From assembly GCF_964355755.1 (NCBI RefSeq), contig NC_092670.1, positions 24,538,795 to 24,602,794 on the forward strand: a stretch of DNA of 64,000 bases, given 5' to 3'. The stretch comes from Antedon mediterranea (Eukaryota; Animalia; Echinodermata). The notes below the pieces were generated by a model. It saw nothing but the letters and a program-made list of their open reading frames with translations, was not told where the DNA came from and made no database searches. Every line of letters starts with the position of its first letter. Positions within the stretch are counted from its first letter, which is position 1. A program made the position numbers and the translations under genes. This document shows, piece after piece, positions 54,089 through 64,000 of this stretch.

Positions 54089-55838
54089 CACCGGGACAAT
54101 TACCCCCCTAGAGCAATTACCCCTAGGATAACTACCAACTATGAACTACTATCCCCTAGGACAACCAGGAGGATAGAGGGAGCCCTCCAGAGGATAAACA
54201 ACGTTTCACACTTTTGGTTCAGGTAAGATGACATTATTTAGGATTAAATTCTAAAGCGCTCTGAATGATTGAACTATCATTTCAATAAATATTATGGAAA
54301 GAATTCAAAGTGATTTTAAAAGTCATGTTAGATCGTTTGTCGGGTTAGTATAATGCATATTATGAATACTAAGTAGATATATAGATAACAAATATAAACT
54401 AAATATTATTAATTTTCTTTACAACCATAATCGCAATGTTGGTAAATTTATTGATTACTAACTTAATCGTCATCAATCAGCCAATCTACTCAGTGGTGTG
54501 GGCGACCTACCGTACCGTACCACGTTTCTTCTTCCCTTAGTTCATGTGATAGCTAAAAAAAATTACCATTTTTGAAAACAAATTGCAAGAAGAAAGATTT
54601 TTATATGAAATAGGTTCTTTGGACCCTACAGAAATGAATACATCTATAAATGTCAGGACGTTATTCGTATCCAGACAACTCTGGACAACTACCCCCTAGG
54701 GCAACTACCACCCGGACAATTACCCTAGGGTAACTACCACCCGGGCAATTACCCCCAGGACAACTACCAACTAGGACAACTACACCCAGACAACTACCAC
54801 CCGGACAACTACCCGCCTAGGGCAATTACCACCTGGACAATTACCCCCTAGGGCAACTACCACCCGGACAATTACCATAGGTTAACTACCACCCGGACAA
54901 TTACCCCTAGGACAACTACCCACTAGGACAACTACCACCCAGAAAACTACCACCCGGAAAACTACCCCCCCCCCCCCCCCCACCCTAGGGCAACTACCAC
55001 CCCGGACGCGATTTTTTTTTTCGTACATAAGTTGGGGACCCCATCATGAAACGTCACAAAATAAACATGAATAATTCATCAGTTAAATTTTCTTGTTCCG
55101 TGTGCACCCAAGCGTATAGCAACAAGAAGTGATTACACAAGTGCGGTACGATTCTAGGCCTATCTTCGCTGATTTCATAATAGAATAGCGGAGTTTTGTG
55201 TGGATTGTCGAAATAATCAGCCTTTAGTTTATGGTGTTTTTAATATAGTTTATTACTAAAGAATTACGTGTTAAAATTATAGTTTCTATTGATACTATTA
55301 GGCCTAATTAATTCTAGTAGTAGCTGTGTGGGTGTGTGTGACTTGTGTCTTGACTTTGGGCTATGTCCAATTACTACTTAGTTTAATGTTTTGCCTAGCT
55401 GTCGATTAGCCTCGAAACATTTTGCATAGTGGACGTGTGTGTGAAGAAGAAGAGTGCGCGAAGGCAATCACGTGAATTTACCTAGAATCCTAGGCCTATT
55501 ATTGTAGAAAGAATCGTATCGCAGTTGTTGTTCCGTGTGCACCCAAGCGTTCTTGGACATAGCCCAAAGAAAGCTTAGACCCACAAGAATAAAGAATGTG
55601 TATAATTTGTGTACTGTATTTTTTTAATTCTGCTATCAATTATCAAACAATATGCAATGTACTCAAAGGAACTTTAAAAATGCGCGTATATGAACACATG
55701 AGATGGGAAGATTTGACCCACGAGAATAAAAAATGTATTTTTGTGTAATGTTTATTATTTAATTTTGCTGACTTATTACTCGGATTGTGTCATACCAAAG
55801 ATAGTGTAACTATCTTTGGTCATACCTAACACACACAC

Positions 55839-58800
55839 TAGTAGAGCAGTTAGTGCCATAAAAATAGCCAAGTTGTGCACTTTATTACCAAAGCATGAAA
55901 CTTGCCACAAAGTTTCTTTGATGTATATAGATTAAAAATATCGGGGGGTGCCAAGTGTCCAACGTCCGGTATGGCGGCCATCTTGATTTCAAAATGGCCA
56001 CCATAAAAACAAAAAGTCTTCATATCTTGGCAACTATAACCAGTAGAGACTTGATTCTGGTGTTAAATTGTTCACAAACCACATATTTCTATTTGCTCTA
56101 ATGAAGAGTTTCGTCAAAAAATGACCGGAAATGACGTTTCTCCCAGTTTGACCTTTGATCTCTTATCTGTATATCTCAGTAACTACTGATCATTTTCAAT
56201 CGATTTTGGTGTCATTTTGTTCAGAATAGAGACATTTATATTTGTAGTAATGAAACATTTTCACATAAAATGACTGGAAATACAATTTATAACCTTTGAC
56301 ATATATAATATGTGAACATACTGTATGTGGTTTACATTGGTATAAATGCACCTAATTTTTTTAACGAAATAAATGATACTGCAAAAATGAGCAGGAATTA
56401 TTATTCTGAATTTTTGACTTTTGATGTGATAGGATAGGCGTAAAGTATGACAGATCACTGAGAAACAGCAATCACTGAGCTCATCTATGCCGACTTGTTT
56501 GCTAAACTGTGATGTGTCAATCGTTAGATAAAAGTTTTGGTCCTCTCTCCATCATCTTTTTTTTTGCAATGTATTATACCATATGGACAATTGTCTGAAA
56601 TAAAAGTTGAATTGAATTGTTAGATGCCATTTGGAAATATTTTTGATGTAAAGTAGCATTCTTTCGTTGGCCTCTTTGGTGTTGCATATGAGACAAGTTC
56701 GGAAAGTTTTCATTTTCATGAGTTAAGAGAATACCGTCTTTCAAATTTACTACAAACTTATCCTGCATTTGTGCAGTAGACCTACTTTCATTAGTCAGAA
56801 ACTCAATTAATTCTTGTTCATTTTCGTTGCATCTAAAAAAATGTACTCCATTTTTATGGTAATGAGCCTTTGCTGTAAACCATCTGTATCCTTTTACTCG
56901 ATTTTCTCTACTCATTGATTTTTTAGCAAAATCCGAACCAAATCCATTCGTAAAAGACATCTCAATATAATTATTCAAGTAATTCTCAAATTAGTGACAT
57001 GGACCTACAATATACTGTTCTGTACAAGACCTTTTTAGGCATCCACTTGTGGACTTTCACTTTGAAGGTCTTGGTCTCCTAATCATACAAGAAACAATGT
57101 CTGATTTAATCAATCAAAGTAGTGGGTCCAGACAAAGAAGGGGATGTAAGACCATCCACAGACAAAGAAGGGGGTATAAGACCATCACAGACAAAGAAGG
57201 GGGTATAAGACCATCCACAGACAAAGAAGGGGGTATAAGACTATCCACAGACAAAGAAGGGGTGTAAGACCATCCACAGACAAAGAAGGGGGTGTAAGAC
57301 CATCCACAGACAAAGAAGGGGGTATAAGACCATCCATACACAAAGAAAGGGGTGTAAGGCCATCTACAGACAAAGAAGGGGGTGTAGGACCATCCACAGA
57401 CAAAGAAGGGGGTGTAAGACCATCCACAGACAAAGAAGAAAGGGGTGTAGGACCGTCCACAGACAAAGAAAGGGGTGTAAGGCCATCCACAGAGAAAGAA
57501 GGGGTGTAAGACCATCCACAGACAAAGAAGGGGTGTAAGACCATCCACAGACAAAGAAGGGGTGTAAGACCATCCACACACAAAAAAAGGGATGTAATAC
57601 CATCAACAGACAAAGAAAGGGGTGTAATACCATCAACAGACAAGGAAGGGGATATAAGACCGTCCACAGGCACAGAAGGGGTGTAAGACCGTCCACAGAC
57701 AAAGAAAGCGGTGTAAGACCGTCCACAGACAAAGAAGGGGGTGTAGGACCGTCCACAGACAAAGAAGGGGGTGTAAGACCACCCACTGACAAAGAAAGGG
57801 TATAGGACCACTTACAGACAAAGAAGGGGGTATAAGACCATCCACACACAAAAAAGGGATTATAAGACCATCTACAGACAAAGAAGGGGGTATAAGACCA
57901 TCCACAGACAAAGAAGGGGGTATAAGACCATCCACAGAGAAAGAAGGAGGTGTACAGTGTAAGACCATCCACAGACAAAGAAGGGGTGTAAGACCATCCA
58001 CAAACAAAGAAAGGGGTGTAATACCATCAACAGACAAAGAAAGGGGTTTAATACCATCAACAGACAAAAAAAGGGGGTATAAGACCGTCCACAGACAAAG
58101 AAAGGGGTTCACGACCATCCACAGACAAAGAAGGGGGTATAAGACCATCCATAGACAACGAAGGGGGTGTAGGACTATCCACAGACAAAGAAGGGGGTGT
58201 AGGACCATCCACATACAAAGAAGGGAGTGTAGGACCATCCACAGACAAAGAAGGGGTGTAAGACCATCTACATACAAAGAAAGGGGTGTAAGATCATCCA
58301 CAGACAAAGAAGCGGGTATAAGACCATCCACAGACAAAGAAGTGGGGTATAAGACCATCCACAGACAAAGAAGCGGGTATAAGACCATCCACAGACAAAG
58401 AAGCGGGTATAAGACTATTCACAGACAAGGAAGGGGGTATAAGACCATCCACAGACAAAGAATGGGGTATAAGACCATCTACAGACAAAGAAGGAGGGGT
58501 AGGACCATATTACCGAGGAAGCATAGGCCTACAAAAAGAAGATGCAATCAAAATAGGCCTACCAGCCACTTGGAAAACGATAAATTGTAGAATAACTGAG
58601 GCTTGATTGTTGAAATATAAAGAGTTCTTTGTAAGGTCATTAATAATATATTGATATAAACACAATCATCATACTATTCATTTGACATTCAAATACAGTC
58701 TATCTCGAAAAGAAGCTCATACTATCACCTTTTCGAGGTTTGACGGTATTCCATAACATGTATGTTATTTCCTCTGTCAAACTATTAAAACTTTTAGCGA

Positions 58801-59454
58801 ATCAGAAGGTGCCAACATCGTTGAACTACTAATGGTACCACCAAGCACAATATTTACCAATTTTATGTACAATATACAATTTAAGTACATTAATCATTTA
58901 ATATAATGACGCCTATCAGGTCAAAGTTCAAAATTAGGTGCATTTAAGACCACCAAAAACCACATACAGTATATTCACATAATTAAAAATCAATAATTAA
59001 ATGTCAAAGGTCATAAATTGTATTTCCGGTTATTTTATGTGAAAATGTTTCATTACTACAAATATAAATGTATTTATTCTGAACAAAATGACACCAAAAT
59101 CGATTGAAAATGACCAGTAGTTACAGAGATATACAAATACGAGGTCAAAGGTAAAACTGAAAGAAACGTCATTTCCGGTCATTTTTGGACGAAAATTTTC
59201 ATTAGAGTAAATAGAAATATATAGTTTGTGAACAATTTGAGACCAGAATTAAGTCTCTAATGTGTATAGTTGCCAAGATATGAACATTTTTTGTTTTTAT
59301 GGTGGCCATTTTGAAATCAAGATGGCCGCCATACCGGACGTTGGACACTTGGCACCCCCCGATATTTTGAATCTATATACATTATAGAAACTTTGTGCCA
59401 AGTTTCATGCTTTGGTAATAAAATGCACAGCTCATGTCATTAACTGCTCTACTA
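55839..59454. mobile_element. Academ-like element with ~500-bp TIRs and internal minisatellite
   Basis: Termini TAGTAGAGCAGTTA / TAACTGCTCTACTA, CAC TSD; arm motifs resemble those of 31307-41788; possible decayed coding remnant at 56574-56978. Confidence 0.8.
57128..58508. repeat. 30-31-bp minisatellite (CCATCCACAGACAAAGAAGGGGGTGTAAGA)n
   Basis: About 45 tandem copies. Confidence 0.96.
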
Positions 59455-61093
59455 CACACGTCACACACATCCACACAGCTACTACTAGAATAGACATGGG
59501 TTTAGAGACTAATAATTAGGCCTAATAGTATTAATAGAAACTATAATTTTAACACGTAATTCTTTAGTAATAAATTATATTAAAAACACCATAAACTAAA
59601 GGCCGATTATTTCGACAATCCACACAAAACGCCGCTATTCTTCAACAGCGGAGATAGGCCTAGAATCGTACCGCACTTGTGTAATCACTTCTTGTTGCTA
59701 TACGCTTGGGTGCACACGGAACAAGAAAATTTAACCGATGAATTATTCATGTTTATTTTGTGACGTTTCATGAGGGGGTCCCCAACTTATGTACGAAAAA
59801 AAAAATCGCACCCCGGACAACTACCCGCCCCGACAACTACCCCTAGGATAACTACCCACTAGGACAACTACTCCATGGGACAACTAGGCCTTCCACCAGG
59901 ACAATTACCACCTAGGATAACCACACCCCTAAGACAACTACCACCCGAACCCCTAGCACTACCCTATCCACAACGACAGGGGCTGTGAGATGGACAAGTA
60001 CAACAAAAGTAAACAAAATTCACCGATATAAAGGTGTAGTTTCCAATAAAGATTATTATATTATTGATTGATTAATTAATTGATCACTTTATTTTAGAAT
60101 AAACATTCCATATATAATACATCTACAAAAACAACAATAATACAAAACGAAAATCACACAAAAATATGATTTTCTTCCATTAGAGATTTGAAGATCGTTC
60201 GTATTAGTTCGTATTACACTAACAAGATCATTTTTGATATTCAAAACTCTTGTTCTAAAACCACATTAAATTACTTTGTTTAGGTCTTTCTGTATTATCT
60301 GTACTGTGTTCGTGTGTAACACACTGTGCTATAACAACTCATTGAGAAAATGTTGCTAGTCTTACCTAAGCACTGTAGTGCTAGTAACATCTTTTCCACG
60401 AGGAGAATACTCTTTTTTACGAACATGTACGACGGTACATGCAGTACAGATAATACAGAAAGACCTGAACAAATTAATTTAGCTGTCTCATTAGCCTACA
60501 TCTACTGAAACTAGTGTTATCTCGAATGCAAAGAGCTCAGCGATATTGGCGATGTCATCATAATCATCTTAATTGTTAGGTAAAATATGTCATAGGTAAG
60601 TGATTCATTTACGTAAAATAATATATTATTATTTAGTATGATATTAGATACCACAGAAAAAGTCAACGGTGTAACACAATACGAATAAAAAAGGCAATTA
60701 ATTAAATTTATATTGTCACCCATAACAGATTTATTATTATTGTTTTAATATGCCATTTTAATGTCACATTTATATTCACTTATTTCACGAAAATTGGATC
60801 GCCAAAAAAAATCATTTACATGAAAACAGTAGTAGACCCTACCTAATCTAACAAAATAGTCAAATTGCCATACAATGGTTTTTGTTCGTTCGTTCGTTCG
60901 TTCGTTTTTATTTCACAATGCATCAAACTTAATATTTTTACATAATAAGTATTAAATAAAAAAATGCAAAGCCTGGAAAAGACCAAATAAGCTCAATATA
61001 GAGCTTTAAGCCTGGTTTCACCAGTACAAAATACACTAATAATTGTATCAATTACAATAGACAATAATTAAATATTAATTAAAGTAGTAGAAA

Positions 61094-61878
<785 letters not shown>

Positions 61879-64000
61879 CAGTAATTTGGATTTGAATGTA
61901 TTTAAGTTATTAGTATTTAGTAAGGATTGACTTAAATTATTCCATACTAGAGGACCATGGTATTTGATAGAATTCCGGATTGTGTTATGGGTTAAATTTA
62001 TTGTGGCGTAATTGTTGGCGTTTCTTGTATTGTAGTTGTGAAATTCATTATTTTTGATGAAGAAATGTTTGAAAATATTTGGAAGTTGATTGTTTGAATA
62101 TCTGTGCATGAATGTGGCGATTTGTAATTTGTTAATATCGAAGATGTTTAGGGTATTAAGTTTAAAGAAAAGGGACTTTGTGTGGGCTATATAGTGAGAA
62201 TTGGTACAAATGCGAATAGCCCGTTTTTGGAGTTTAAAGAGTTTGTCTAATTTAGAAATATGTGTGGAAGCCCATGGACAGAGAGTTTTATTTTTAGTAT
62301 CTGTAATTCCCCAAGCAATGTTACAATAGGATAGATAAGGTAAAATTAATGTGTTATATAAAGAAAAGAGGATATTAGAGGGTAGAATATATTTAAGTTT
62401 TTTTAAGACACCGATGTTTTTTGAAATTTTATTAGCTATATTTGTTATATGGGTTTTCCAGTTTAAGTTATCATCTATAGTTACACCAAGGAACTGAGAA
62501 TAAGTAACCCTTTTGATAGGAGTGTTTTCTATATGGATTGTGTTTTGATTGTCATTGTGTGTTCTATTTGGAGAAAAGTGTATATATTCAGTTTTGTTTA
62601 TATTTAGTGAGAGTCTATTAAGTTTAAGCCAGTGAGATATATGTTTTATTTCCGTATTAAAAATTCTAGTTAAGGTGTTGTAGTCAGGATGGGAGGAAAA
62701 AATGTTCGTGTCGTCGACAAACAGGACGTATTCAAAAGAGTTGGAAGCGTTGATGATGTCGTTGACATAGATGAGAAAAAGTAGAGGACCAAGAATTGAT
62801 CCTTGGGGCACACCGCATGTTATGGGAAGAACTTCTGAGGAGTAGGAGCCGAAAGAGGTGATTTGTTGTCTGTTTTGAAGATAGTTAGAAAGTAGAGATA
62901 GAGGAGTTCCACGGATTCCATAGTGACTAAGTTTAGTTAAAAGAATTGTGTGGTTAATAGTGTCAAATGCTTTAGACAAGTCCAAAAATAAGCCAATAGT
63001 ATGGTGGTTTTTAGATAAGGCGTTAGAGATTTTACTTTGAATGTCCAGGATTGCAAGATCAGTAGAATGTTTTGGTCTGAAGCCATATTGGTTATCATGA
63101 AAAGATGTATGTGAAGAAAGAAAGTTGTAAAGTCTATTGTATATAAGGCGTTCGAGTATTTTAGAAAAGCAAGGCAAAATTGAGATTGGACGGTAGTTTT
63201 CAAAGGAATGGGAATCATTTTTTTTATGAATAGGAATTACTTTGGCGATTTTTAAAGATGATGGAAATACACCATTAGTTAGTGATAGATTAAAAATGTG
63301 GGTAAGGGGTCTGGTAATAAAAGGTCCAATTTTTTTAATAATCGTGGGTTCAATATCATCAAGGCCAGCACTTTTACTGTTTTTTAGATTAGAAATTATT
63401 TCAAGAATCTCTTTACCAGATGTAGGTTGGAAGAAAATTGAATTTTGAGTGGGATTCCTTAGATAATCAGTAAAGTTGCCATGAGTAGCCGAAATTTTAG
63501 AAGAAAGTTTAGGTCCAATATCAGTAAAATAGCGATTGAATTTATTGGCAATTTGAGATGGGTCAGTAATTTTTGTACCATTATCTGTAAAATAACTAGG
63601 TAGCGTCTTTGTGGTGTTTTTACAGAGAATGTTATTAATTATATTCCAGGTTTTTTTAATGTTATTTTTATAGTCGTTAAACTTATTTGTATAGTGTTGC
63701 TTACATGATGTTCTTATTAGTCGTGTGAGTTTATTTCTGTAAGTAATGTAATTGGTTTTATTAATCATATTTGGTGTTTTTATATATTTTTTATATAATT
63801 TATTTCTAGTGTTTATAGATTTGATTATACCTTTTGTTATCCATGGTTTACAAAGTTTACGTTTGTTAATTTTAGTTCTTGTCTTTGGGAGGTGAGTATC
63901 GTATAGTGAAGAAAATCTGTCGAGAAAAATATTGTAGGATTCATTTGCAGAGTTATTTTGGTAGACATCGTCCCAGTTCGTGTTCATTAAGTTAATCCCT

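Larger units (their letters stand above)
55008..59809. mobile_element. MULE-like non-autonomous element with ~340-bp TIRs
   Basis: GCGATTTTTTTTTTCGTACATAAG...CTTATGTACGAAAAAAAAAATCGC with a perfect 9-bp TSD ACCCCGGAC. Confidence 0.87.

Noticed and set aside
57049-58590. Many overlapping ORFs of 60-250 aa
   Set aside because: They are translations of the 31-bp minisatellite in several frames.

Overview
AT-rich eukaryotic (invertebrate animal, possibly echinoderm) genomic DNA. The one clear host gene is an intact 10-exon GH18 chitinase on the minus strand (ATG 47449 to stop 21967; 502 aa; signal peptide, catalytic [11 protein letters not shown], Pro/Thr linker, C-terminal CBM14). I reconstructed it by hand from GT-AG sites and frame continuity. 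Downstream lies a rearranged paralog. A near-identical copy of the chitinase promoter and signal-peptide exon, with the catalytic exons missing, sits in phase in front of a diverged CBM14 exon. This predicts a 77-aa secreted stand-alone chitin-binding peptide. The rest is nested transposable elements: a full-length BEL/Pao LTR element with identical LTRs inside an Academ-like foldback, LINE fragments, Helitrons/HINEs, IS3EU-, P-, Harbinger- and MULE-like MITEs, a Penelope fragment with a hammerhead ribozyme, and satellites. Both flanks carry a duplicated composite repeat containing inverted pieces of the chitinase catalytic exon.
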